A stretch of 64,000 nucleotides of DNA from Eledone cirrhosa (taxonomy: Eukaryota). Position numbers and translations under genes: made by a program. Location of the stretch: positions 359,848,001 through 359,912,000 of the forward strand of contig OZ024740.1 of the NCBI GenBank assembly GCA_964016885.1, read 5' to 3'. Shown here piece by piece: positions 13,650-24,885 of this stretch; the first letter of the stretch is position 1; the number at the start of each line of letters is the position of its first letter. The notes below the pieces were generated by a model that had not been told where the DNA came from, did not search any database, and saw nothing but the letters and a program-made list of their open reading frames with translations.

Positions 13650-14319
13650 GATGCGCAATGGTAGTGTGCATGAATGACAAAGCATCAGTGAATTGAAAGA
13701 GAAACTAGGCATAAGATGGGTCAGATGCAGTGTAGAGGAGAGGAGATTGCAGTGGTTTGGACATGGCAGAAGTACAAAGAGGTGCAGGGCACTCAAAGTT
13801 GATGGCAACTATGGAAGAGGAAGACCTAGAAAAACTTGGGATGAAGTGATAAATGCTGACCATGAATAATTAAACCTCACAAAGGAGATGACACAGGATG
13901 GAGACCTCTGGCTTTATGCTGTACTGCAGAAGACCTCCCTCCTCATGTGCACAAAGTGAAGCAAAACAAACATGCAGGGAAAACACTAAACTGCAGCAAT
14001 CCTCTCCCCCCTCATTGCTCACCTAAATATCCCATGCCCTGATACACCTCACCTGCCCAGTCCATAAAAGTTAGATTTGCTTGATATCTGACCTCTTACA
14101 ATGCTGTGCCATGACAAAAGCTCAAAGTCCATTTTGTATGCTGATTTGGTGCCACAACAACAAAAGCACCCAGTGTATCCTGTAAGGTGGTCGTGCTGGT
14201 GACAACAAAAAGCACTCCGTTCACTAATAGTGATATGACAAAAAGCACCCAGTTCACACTGTAAAATGGTCATGTTGGTGACATGACTAAAACCCCCAAT
14301 TCAATCTGTAACGTGGTCG
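13650..14319 (+). mobile_element. Decayed RTE LINE 3' fragment
   Basis: Encodes ELKEKLGIR...RRLQWFGH...GRGRPRKTWDEVI; 3' UTR with repeated aaaagcacccag..cacactgtaaa.tggt motifs. Confidence 0.8.
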
Positions 14320-15880
14320 TTTCAGTGCGTTGGACAGACCGGACGTCGCCTGGCGGATCAGTTCACGGAGCACCTCCAAGATGTTCGTCTCGGCAGGATT
14401 TCCCCCATCGACAACTACTTTGGTTCGCCTGGACATTCCGCCCACCACCTCACTGTCTGTGGCCTGATCCAATGCCATGGGACCACCGCCACCCGCCTTA
14501 TGGTCGAGCAACACACCATCTTCACCCTACAGCCCCCCCCCCCCCCCCCGGCCTGAACTCCCCACCCTTCTTCCTCTAGCCTTCGACTGTCCTCCTCCAC
14601 TACACACACACCCTACTAACACCACTAAAACACTCCCAAGTTTCACCGTCCCCTCCACTTCCAGCCATCCCCCAACCCCTTGGCCCATCCCATACCTAAC
14701 AATACTTACACCCCCACCCATCCCCTTATCGCACGCGCACCCACACCCCCACCAGTGCATATATACACTCACACATCCACATCTGACCACCCCACCACTA
14801 ATAATACTAAACACCTTCCCCCTCACCACACACACCACTCACTCCACACCCACACTACCACTACTAACACACCTGCATTCACCCCTACACCACCACCACC
14901 AATAATACTAACACCCACTCTACCACGCACACACACCAATACATTACACTCCCACCCCAGCACTAACCCCCCTCCCCCCACACACACACACATCCCACTA
15001 ACATACACACAACCCCCCCCTACACCGCCACTTTCTCCCTCAACCTTTCACACATACCCATCCCCTCCTCTGTCCACCACACCTCACACACATTCCACAC
15101 CACATACAAACCATCTCTAACACCTGTCGTCTGCCTCCTCCCTACACTGCCTGCTCCTTCCTCCCTCCCACATCCTTCGTCCTGCCTTGACCCTCTGACC
15201 ACTTCCTGTTGCGCGTGAACCCCACAACTCTCTGCTTCCTCAATACTATACCAAAGATTCTACACCACCGGTCCACCGCTCCATACATCCACCCCGCTAT
15301 ACTCGGAAATTTCAACATTCGTTCCTACACTCCGCGGAAAAACAACCAGGAACACACACACACACACACACACACTATTTTCACACCACGCAACCATACA
15401 TCCACACCACACAAAAACACACACACGTGGGTATCCTCACATACACACAGCCTTCGGACTCCACACGCCCCCCCCCCCCTCACACACACACTGACTTACA
15501 CTCCACCCCATGTACGCACTGGTTTCCCTATTACCCAAACATGGAACCTCGTTCTTCCCCAAACTCTCACATTCACATCCACACACACCACCTTCCGCCC
15601 TCCCCGCTCGGGCCCCTGTCTCCCTCTCCCCTCCTCACACCTTTTCACCACTTGTTTCATTTTAATTTTTTTTACTCTCTAAAAAAAATGTTTTCCTCCC
15701 TTTTCTCCCCCCTTTTAATGTCTTTCCACCACTCCTCCTCACACCCTTGGAACTCTTTTCCTGCCCACTTTTCTCCTGATGAAGGGCTTTTGCCCAAAAT
15801 TTCGTCCCCCACCCCCACTCAAGTGTGAACCTAATATTAACACTTTGTATTGCCTCTTCGCTTTATTTTTGTTTTAGCTA
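14320..15880 (+). mobile_element. 5'-truncated Penelope-like element: GIY-YIG endonuclease C-terminus, C/CA-rich 3' region, decayed hammerhead
   Basis: Frame starting at 14329 (no ATG, absent from the ORF track): VGQTGRRLADQFTEHLQDVR...FGSPGHS...LTVCGL...RLMVEQHTIFTL..PGLN; CTGATGA-A-GGGC-TTTT-GCCC-AAAA at 15776-15799; ends at (TA)n. Confidence 0.85.
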
Positions 15881-15905
15881 TAATATATATATACACAAGC
15901 ACATG

Positions 15906-15937
<32 letters not shown>

Positions 15938-16899
15938 TATATATATATACACACACACCATTTTCCCCCGGACTTTCTCTGAAGAGATACATTGAGTACT
16001 ATCAAGCAGTGTGGAATAATTGATTATGTAACAATATAGATTTCATAGGTTGATTACGTAATGCATTGAAATACATGTAAGATTTTCTAGCATTCAATAA
16101 ATGAATCATTGTATATCATCAGTAATGTGTCTTTTTTTCTCTAACAACCTGTACGTGTGTGTGTATGTATATATATATTAATGCAAATCCACAATTTTAA
16201 AGATAGTGTATTTGTCTTGCTACATTGACATATGTATATTATTAGTGAGAGAAACAGATAACTAGATAGATAAATAAGTATTGATAGATATTTTTCTTTA
16301 TGTATTGATAGATAGACTGATTGATATAGATATATAAATAGATATAAATAGATAGATATTATAGATTAGTAGATAAGTTGACAGACAAACAGATGGATAT
16401 TTAACCATATTCATAATAATAAAAAATACATAAAACAATTAGAGTTCAGAAATTCTTTATGCAATGTGGTTCTCAAAGCTTCTCATTTGCTTTAACGGTT
16501 CTATATCCTGAAATGAAGTATAAGGTCTTAAAAGCAAGAGACAGTATGATAGGGAATAGACCTTCAGGTTCACAGTTCCTTCATCCCTCACCAGATTCCA
16601 CCTGGACATTTTGCCTGCTCTTGCTTCAACAGTTGTCCCATACACTCAGAACATCATCTCTTTACATGTACCTAGCTAATTTTTCCATGTCACCTGCACC
16701 TCCAAGTATATATCTATTGTTTAAATTGCCAACTCTACAGCTTATACACTGGGGAACTCAAATGGTAAATGCAATTTTATCATATCACCCAGGCCCTTAG
16801 CTTGTCCCTTAAATTCTCCAGGCTATATCTCACTGTTCTATCAAACATATGGTTAAAGACGTTCCTACACTGACGTCCTGTCCTTTTATATATCCGTAA

Positions 16900-19800
16900 C
16901 TATATTATCTATATATCTAACTAATGTATTGGTACGCGATGGGGCCCACCCACAGCCCCGGCGGACAGAATGGAGAAGGCGTTTCCCCGGAGGACGGCAA
17001 GGGAGACGCGCTGGAAAAGCCACTCCAACTCGCGGGGCTCACACCTGCAGCTGGCCAGCTCAGCGCCTATGGTGGTGAGTAAGGAGGTAGCCCTAGGGCC
17101 CAGAACACCAGAAGTCTCCACTGCCAGGGGAACGACCGCAAACCTGTCGGAGAGCGACCGGTATTTAAGGAGTTTGGCCCCCTCAGCCTGACGTGCAGCA
17201 CAACCTGGGTCAGTCGCAGACTGCACCAGGCTGCGGCTGCAGAATGTGTCGGTGCAAGTGGCATCCCAGATGAGGGGTTTTCCACCGCGGAACGGGAAGA
17301 TGGTCATGCCATCTGGCCTTTTGCCGTCCCCTCGATCCCGCCCCACCGGCTCGAGCTGGGAAGGGAAGCCTGCAGCATCCAAGCCATGCATAATAACCTC
17401 ATTGAGGGCAGCATGGCGTGGAATGCGGACGGCACTGTGGAGACAGGAAAGCGGATGGAGGCCGAAAGAGTCCACGGTGGAACCGCAGCGACATTGGTGT
17501 GGCTGGCAGATCCGGAGGCCGAGCCTCAGGGAAACGCCGATTCGCAGGCTATGGTTGTCTAGCTGCATGCCAGTGGTGAAGGAGGGCAGAGCATGGAGCC
17601 AGGCACCACTGTGGGGTTTGGAGGCCGCACGAAAACAAGCAAGGCGGTGCTGGTCGAGCTGGCGCGTGAGCCTGTCTGAGGCCAGGCTGCACTGGATGGC
17701 ATCCCAAGTGCGTTGGGGGGACTTGACGTCAACAGGGGGAGAAGGAGGAGGTACGTCTACTGGGCTAAGTCCCAACCGGTCCCACGTCTCACAGGCGGCC
17801 TCACGTTCTCCGAACACAGAGGGTTCTGTTGTGTTTTGAAGAACCCTTATGACGAGGACGCGGCACGAGGTTACCGACGAAAGATACGCCGGCAAAGCTA
17901 GTGAGATCGGGGACCGGAGGCCAAGGCCGCCATACCTGACCGGTAAAGTGGCCTGTTGCCACCCTATGTCGTCAAACTTGACGTTGCATATCCCCTCGGC
18001 TGCTGCTCGGATACAAGTAGAGATGTCTGGGTGTAGCATGGAGCGCTGCGGAGTGTATAGAGGAGCTTCGGCATGGCGAAGCAGTTCCTCAGCAGAAAGA
18101 GAGCTGGGTGGCCATCAATCAAGCCCAGTCGGCTCGTGAGAGTCTGGAGCTGTTGAAGCCTGGACCTGATGGTGGAGCGGATGGCCGGCGGGTGGAGCGG
18201 TGACCCGAGGATGAGGAAATCCTCTTTGCGGGTCACCTGAACCTGGCGGAGAATGGACCGCACGTCCAAGACGGAAGCTGCAAAGCTCGCAGCATCGAGG
18301 CTGACATTCACCACCTCCGGCTTGGCCGAGTTGACCTGGAGGCCGATTCCCGCCAGGCCAGGAATCACCGATTGAAAGTCTTGGCAGACCGTCCGTACGG
18401 GCCCACCCAACGTAGCATCATCCAGATACCAAATGTTGAGAGGGGCCGTGATACTCCGGGCGATGTGGTCAATACCAAGGGCGAACAGGGGGGGTCCCAA
18501 AGGGTCGCCCTGTTGGACCCTAGTAGCCGAGGGTATGACCGTATCAGCAGCTAGAAGCATGCTCGGGGCTCCATATGACAGGTAGGCCAGCGGGCAGGCA
18601 GAGGGGGCTCGGCTGAGGCAGGCCTCGAGCAGATGATCCCGGCATAAAGAGTTAAAGGCATTCCTCATGTCATGTCAAGCTTGACAATGAGGTGACTGAA
18701 GTCCCTGGATGCCGGTACCGATGAGTCGCTGCTGAAGAACTGCCTGATTGCATGAGAGGTTCCCTCACAGCCACCGGACACGCCGACACCCAGTTGCACC
18801 GGACTAAACTCCTCACCCAGTTCGTGTGTGACGGACTTGCAGATCACCTTTGTAGCCAACCTCCGGAAGACATTGCCCACAGCAATGGGGCATATGCCAC
18901 CCTCTTTCTTCCTGAGAGCGGTGAGGCTGGCCGAAAAAAAGAGGCCTCGGGCGTAAGGGTCGAGGGCACCATGAATGAGCCTATTGGTGAGCGCCATAAT
19001 TGCACTCAGAAGGCTGCGCCCGGCCTCAGCGGAGAGGGGGGATGTCAACTTCTTGAAGTGGCCTGGTCGGATACCATCAACACCTCCGCAGCTGCTAGCT
19101 GGGAAGGACCTGATGGCGGACATGATATCTGCATCAGTAGCCACATGGAGCAGGTGAAGGTCGGGTGGGGGTATGGGTCTGAGATCAGTGGGTGGCTGAG
19201 GGTGTTTGAGCCGCAGAGCAGCCAGGACCTCCTCGGTGGGTTGGAGGACAGTGTCCTCTGGGGCAACAACTCTGACTGCGGCCGAGACATCACCCATGAT
19301 AAGCTTTGCGTTTACCTGGTCACGCAAACGCTTGGCGCTGGCCTCGGGGGTGACGATAGGGGGTACCTGAGGGTGGGGTGTGTGGCGTCCCTGGGCACGC
19401 TTGGAATGGACGCTCGCCCAAATGACGAAACATTGGCCTTGACGAAGGCTGCTGTTGACCGGTCGCCTCGGTCAGCGCCAGAGCTGGGGAGGCCGAGGGC
19501 GAGTGGGACGAAACAGAACAGCCGCCCCCAGTCACTGGCTCGATTGGAGTCCAGGGCGCTCTCAATCGAGGAAGCGAGGGCATCGGCTACCGGCACCCGT
19601 GCCGCTCTCGGGATCCTGAGTGGCATCTTCCGGAGCCGCATGAGCCAAGCGATGTTGACCAGCGAGGCTCGGGCGTCAGGCAAGCTCGCTGTCCCATCTG
19701 GTGGTGTGCCAGACGGCCGTGGCTGGGAAGACGTGGGGAAGAGGCAGCTCCTGCACCTCCACGCTACGAGGGCATTGGAAGCTCGACGAGTCAATCCAAC

Positions 19801-20290
19801 GCAGGCGGGGTGGTGGAAGCAGCCGCACCCCAAACAGTTCCGGCCCCTCTTCCATTTGTTAGTGGTGCCGCAAGTGCTGCAGGTGTCGATTTGAAGGGGT
19901 GGGCCGGGGACTGGGGCACCGAGCAGCATCAGGGGTGGGTGGCTGGCGTGTGTGGGTGGAAGGGAAAGTGCTGGTAAGAGGGCAGCATAGCTAACCTATA
20001 TATATGGAGGTGCCAGAAAACGAGAGCGAAAAAGGGCTGCATGCAGGGGGAGACACGGGAAGGTAGAATGGCAGTAAATGAATGAGTGAATGGATGTACA
20101 CACAAAAAAAGGGGAGGGAGGAGAAAACAAGGGGTTGTTCCCAGCGGAAAGACCCAGAGTTCAGCATGCACACATGCGAGCAACGGAGCAGTTTGTCATA
20201 GGACCTAGTGGCTGGTGGTGAGTCACTGATGCTGCTTGCAATGTGAACTACTTCTTCGGCCACTTATTTCTGGGAGGAAACACAGCGTCC
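16900..20290 (-). mobile_element. CRE-clade non-LTR retrotransposon (PHD + RT + zinc knuckle + restriction-like endonuclease), frameshifted
   Basis: ORF pieces 19312-19929, 18665-19327, 17964-18668 and 16921-18039: PIAVG..RRL, LDMRNAFNS, VQQGDPLGPPLF, WYLDD, CRCG..H.LSC, RHAALN, KRPDG, WDATC.DT, K..KY; GC-rich relative to flanks; element ends approximate. Confidence 0.92.
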
Positions 20291-20445
20291 ATCTACTACA
20301 CACACATTCACACACTATCATGATCTACTCGCACAAGCTATATACATTCTCCAGAACACACGTTTACATATTTTCCAACACACGCACACATAATGCTTAC
20401 ACAACACACTTCTCATGATTATTTTGCTTAATTTTCACTCTTTTT

Positions 20446-20608
20446 ACTGGAAACCACTTAGTCTACACACTTTTATTTACAACTACTGGAAACCACTTAG
20501 TCTACACACTTTTATTTACAACTACTGGAAACCACTTAGTCTACACACTTTTATTTACAACTACTGGAAACCACTAGTCTACACACTTTTATTTACAACT
20601 ACTGGAAA
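20446..20608. repeat. 39-bp minisatellite, about 4.2 copies
   Basis: actggaaaccacttagtctacacacttttatttacaact repeated head-to-tail. Confidence 0.97.
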
Positions 20609-21023
20609 TATTTGAATTCTCCTGTTATTTTCCTAGCATTGCATTTATATTGAAATTGTATTTCTTTTTCTTGTTTCCCCTTCTAATTCTAGTGTAATAT
20701 ATCATTTCAGAGAACTGACCTTTTGACCTAAACACAAGTCAACAGAATACCACTCACCATCATACACACAAGAATGTGGGAAGCATGTGTATGTAGACAC
20801 ACACACATTGAGCAGCTATTAAAACCACTTGGATCAGAAACCTCAAACTTTTATTAGTTTGTCCTTTGCCCCTCCACCAAGTTCATATGCTTTGACCCTT
20901 TTGATACCAAACAGCCCCTAAATCTGATATAAAATTGTTCATTTTAAAGAGTTTATATGGTTCTAAAAACCTTCCATCATAATTTCAAGAATCTTCCTTA
21001 AGTTATGTTCCAAGCACCAACTT

Positions 21024-23505
21024 AATAATAATAATAATAATGAAATTATTGTGTACAGTGCTCAGGTGCACTACAACTCATCAAAGGTGCATGTATAGTA
21101 CATAGAATAATGTACAAATGTCAGGAAAATAAACAGTGTATGAGTCATGATATAATAACAATAACAATAATGAAATATTGTGCACAGTGCCCAGGTGCAC
21201 CACAACCCATCAAAAAAGTGCATGTACAGTACATAGGGCAATGCACAAACATCAGTAAAATGAACAGTGCACACATGTGTGCATGTGTATGGAAGGGGCA
21301 CATCAGGTGTAGTTTTGGCGTATTTCGGGAAGCATGAGTGTCTTAAAGGATGCAGTGTCTCGGCAGCTAACAATTGACGCAGGCAGTTTGTTCCATGCTT
21401 CAGCAACTCTGAGCGTGAAAAAATGTCTGCGAAAGTCATGGGAGCTGTGCTGTTTTCTTATCTTGTAGGCATGTCCACGTGTGTTAGACACATGGAGATC
21501 AAAGAGGCGCTCAGGGTTGCAGTTGGCGAGATGGTTAAAAACTTTGTGGGTATTCACCAAGTCCACTGCCAGACGTCGGAGCTTCAATGAATCCATGCCC
21601 AGGGAAGCAAGGCGTTCAGAGTATGGTAGGTGTCTGATGGAGGGTATGCGCTTGGTTGCACGTCTCTGAACAGTTTCCAGGAGGTCAATGTTCCGAGCAA
21701 GATAGGGGTTCCAGACTGATGATGCGAATTCCAAGTGTGGTCGTACCATAGCTGTATACAGTTTTAAATAGATGGCTGGAGAGCGGCTAACAAAGGTCTT
21801 GCTGAGTGATGCCAAGACACCCTCGGCCTTCTTGACAATCTTAGAGACATGCTTTGTCCAACGCAAATCGTTGCTGACAGTAATGCCCAGGTCACGTTCA
21901 CAAGAGGACTTTTTGATGTCAGTGTTGTGGAGGGAGTATGTGGACGCTGGATTTTTCCTTCCAAAATGCATGGTGGTACACTTGTCCACAGCCAGCTTCA
22001 GTTGCCAGTCTGTGATCCATTGCTGCATTGTGTCCAGGTCTGATTGTAGGAAAGAGTTGTAAATTTCAGGATCAGTCCTTTTGATTTCAAGGTACAGCTT
22101 GATGTCATCTGCATATTTTAGTACCGTGGCATTCTGTAAGTTGGCATCTATGTCATTAATATATGCCACAAACAAAAGAGGACCAAGAACAGATCCCTGT
22201 GGTACACCAGATGACATCTCATATGGTGAAGAATGCTGTCCTAGAACCGTGACTACTTCCTTTCGGCTGAGAATGAAGGATTTCAGCCAGTCGAAAAGAT
22301 CATCCCTCACACCCATTGCAGAGAGTTTTGCCATAAGTCTTTTGTGTGGCACAGAATTAAAAGCCTTAGCAAAGTCAAGGTAAACAACATCCACCCATGA
22401 GCCGCTGTCAGTGATCCGGGTGATGTCCTCAAGGAACTCGATAAGCTGATCACAGCAGCTGGAGTTAGGGATAAATCCAAACTGTGAGGGCCGGATGAGG
22501 CTGTGAGAGCTCCAGAAGTTCCAAAGTGTTTCTCTGACACAGGATTCCATCAGTTTGGCCATACAGCTAGTAAGACTGACTGGACGATAGTTGACAGGTG
22601 ACATGCGGTTGCCCTTTTTGAACAGGGGAATGACACTGGCAGTTTTCCACTGCTCCGGAGTAGCACCATTGCTGAGACAGTATTGAAAGAAAAAAGAAAG
22701 CTGGCGCAAAAGGAAATCCCCGCCACGTTTGAGAAGCAGGTATGTCACACCATCAAGACCAGGGGAGGCATAGTTGCGCTTATTCTTAAGGTGACGTCGC
22801 AACATTGCAGGTGTAAATTCCATAGTTGTTATGGAATTTGATGTTAGAGATGGTGGAGATGGTACATTCTGGTTTTCAACAGTAAAAATACTTGCATAGC
22901 ACTCAGCAATGAGTTCTGCGCATTCCTTGGGATCGTCAGTGATCTGGCTTGTGTGGGGATTGCGAAGAGGACCAACTGGAGAGTGAGGTCTCTGCTTTGA
23001 ATGAACATATTTCCAGAACACCTTACTGTCAGGATTGGTTGCGATGCACTGTTCAAATTCAAGCACTGCCTTCTTTGTCACTTGCTTGAGATGGTTAGAA
23101 GATTTATTCCGCTTTTTTCTGTTGGCATCTGATCTATGCAGTTTATATTCCCGTTCAGCGTTCCGGCGTTCTTTCCTGGCAAGTCGGACTGCTGAAGTTT
23201 CCCAGATTGGTTATTTTTCCGCTTCCGTGGCACTGATGCTGCACACGCTATCCATATTGAGTCCAGGATGCTCTGGAGTATAGAGTTCACATCTCCAGAG
23301 TTATACATCTCATGCCAGTTTGGGCGCTGTAGCTCAGTGCAGTACAAGTTCCAATTCGCCCTCTTCCAATCAAAGCAAGCAGATTGGAGATGGCTCTGGT
23401 TTTTGTTGCTGCCCTCAAGTGCCAGATTGGCAATGATCATAGCATGATCAGAGTCGCCTAGAGGTTCCTCAGTAGTACAACTGATAACCACTTCAGGATG
23501 GTATG
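21024..23505 (-). mobile_element. 5'-truncated CR1-group LINE with (TAT)n tail
   Basis: End of APE (EPLGDSDH) at about 23450, frameshifts near 23080-23200, RT ORF 21303-23081. Confidence 0.93.
21303..23081 (-). CDS. CR1-group ORF2 reverse transcriptase (partial)
   Basis: NYRPVSLTS, YLDFAKAFNSVPH, SGVPQGSVLGPLLF, YADD, ERDLG, RPHLEF, VQRRATK, WNKLP. Confidence 0.93.
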   Translation of the reverse strand: MTKKAVLEFEQCIATNPDSKVFWKYVHSKQRPHSPVGPLRNPHTSQITDDPKECAELIAECYASIFTVENQNVPSPPSLTSNSITTMEFTPAMLRRHLKNKRNYASPGLDGVTYLLLKRGGDFLLRQLSFFFQYCLSNGATPEQWKTASVIPLFKKGNRMSPVNYRPVSLTSCMAKLMESCVRETLWNFWSSHSLIRPSQFGFIPNSSCCDQLIEFLEDITRITDSGSWVDVVYLDFAKAFNSVPHKRLMAKLSAMGVRDDLFDWLKSFILSRKEVVTVLGQHSSPYEMSSGVPQGSVLGPLLFVAYINDIDANLQNATVLKYADDIKLYLEIKRTDPEIYNSFLQSDLDTMQQWITDWQLKLAVDKCTTMHFGRKNPASTYSLHNTDIKKSSCERDLGITVSNDLRWTKHVSKIVKKAEGVLASLSKTFVSRSPAIYLKLYTAMVRPHLEFASSVWNPYLARNIDLLETVQRRATKRIPSIRHLPYSERLASLGMDSLKLRRLAVDLVNTHKVFNHLANCNPERLFDLHVSNTRGHAYKIRKQHSSHDFRRHFFTLRVAEAWNKLPASIVSCRDTASFKTLMLPEIRQNYT

Positions 23506-24798
23506 CAAAATTAGTTATATTACTAAATGCCATTAAATTCTTGATTATTTAAAAACTAATTGAAAATTATAACAAATGTGTTAATGAAGGGTTAAATGAT
23601 AAATTATATTTCATTTTGTAAACAATTGTGTTGTTAGTCAGGGTCCCAAGTCGATCATTGCTTCACTACTTTAATATATTTTAATTTGTACAAAATTAAT
23701 TAATTTCACAAAAACATGCTTTGGGAAAACCTTAATGTTTATTTGGGAAAGTAACAACTACAGACATGGTTTTATTTGATCCTGTCAGTGAAGTATAGCC
23801 AAACTCCAGCCTTCAAAGATTTTTGGAAGTAGAAAAATAGTCATAAATTTTGACCAGTAACAATTTGAATATGATAAGTAGTGTCTTTCATTAGAAACAT
23901 GGTAATGAAAGTTATGCAAAACCTACTCTGTTATAAGTATTTGCAACAGCTCTGTCGTTTGAAGATAATACATGAATAATCAACAGGAAGAGAGAAAAAT
24001 AATAATGAAAAAAGGAAACATGAGGGGCAGATTCTACACCCCTTGCTAAGTGGTATAGCTCAGCTGCACTACACAAACAAGATAGTGAAATCATTGCCAT
24101 GGAGAACAGTAAGCAACACATGGTACATCAGCCATTCTACCAAGGAAAAAAAACACAAGATAGTTGATATGAATTTAAATAATTCAAGTGAGAGTGACTG
24201 AAGGACAAGGATAACATTATTAATTGAAATTTGCATCTTAACTTGAATGGGAGAAAATTGTTACATATATGTATATATACGTAATATATATATACATATA
24301 TATACATATATACATATATATATATATATGTACATATACATATATATACATATATATATACATATACATATATATACACGTATACATATATATACACGTA
24401 TACATATATATACATATACATATATATACATATATATATATAACACCGTATGGCATAAATTCAGGCTGTTCAGCTTGTTTACAAACGAACAAAGCGACGT
24501 TAGCGCCGCTAAACTGATACGTGCATATATGTATGTGTACCTGTATGCATATGTATGTATATATGTATATATATATATATATGTGCATGCTACTGTACGT
24601 CTGTATACATATATGTATGTACGTATACATGCATACTTACATTTAAGTAAGTGCCATACTAAGAGTGAGAAATGAAATTTCGTTTTCATTTTGTTTCAAT
24701 TTATCGTTTTCGGTATGCCTGACCGATTTAACTCACTCAATATGCAAATTAGGCTGCTCAGCCGTTAATTTTCATAAGGAAAGTATATACTTTCGAAC

Positions 24799-24885
24799 GT
24801 TCAACTATCTGGCAGATGGGTAAACGGTGCTGATGATAGCTAACAAGCTTGAAACTAGTACATCGTTCCTGTGTCAGTGTTGAAC
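24799..24885 (+). ncRNA. Type I hammerhead ribozyme, copy 1 (predicted cleavage after GUA, 24860)
   Basis: aacggtg-CTGATGA-t agct aaca agct t-GAAA-CTAG-TA-catcgtt; stem I extends by atggg/cctgt, ctggc/gtcag and gttcaac/gttgaac. Confidence 0.88.

Larger units (their letters stand above)
20892..23595. mobile_element. MITE family B split by the CR1 insertion (halves about 20892-21030 and 23505-23595)
   Basis: Left TTGA-CCCTTTTG, right AAGGG-TTAA; halves match the reverse complement of 12994-13221 (cattttaaa, ccttccatcataat, aaaac.aattgaaa). Confidence 0.6.
321..24136 (-). pseudogene. Possible decayed multi-exon host gene (candidate exons 23927-24136, about 9254-9357, 7418-7511, 6790-6901, 5620-5709, 5244-5425, 652-703, 321-430)
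   Basis: Non-repeat islands bounded by pyrimidine-rich AG acceptors and GT donors with mutually compatible phases, but containing in-frame stops; product not recognised. Confidence 0.3.

Noticed and set aside
14477-15828. Pro/His/Thr-rich ORFs resembling extensins or mucins
   Set aside because: Low-complexity C/CA-rich 3' region of the Penelope-like element
17246-19894. Plus-strand ORFs of 197 and 380 aa
   Set aside because: Antisense shadows of the GC-rich CRE ORF
20446-20608. 39-bp repeat (also the 37-bp and 466-bp repeats) as CRISPR arrays
   Set aside because: Head-to-tail with no unique spacers, no cas genes, eukaryotic context
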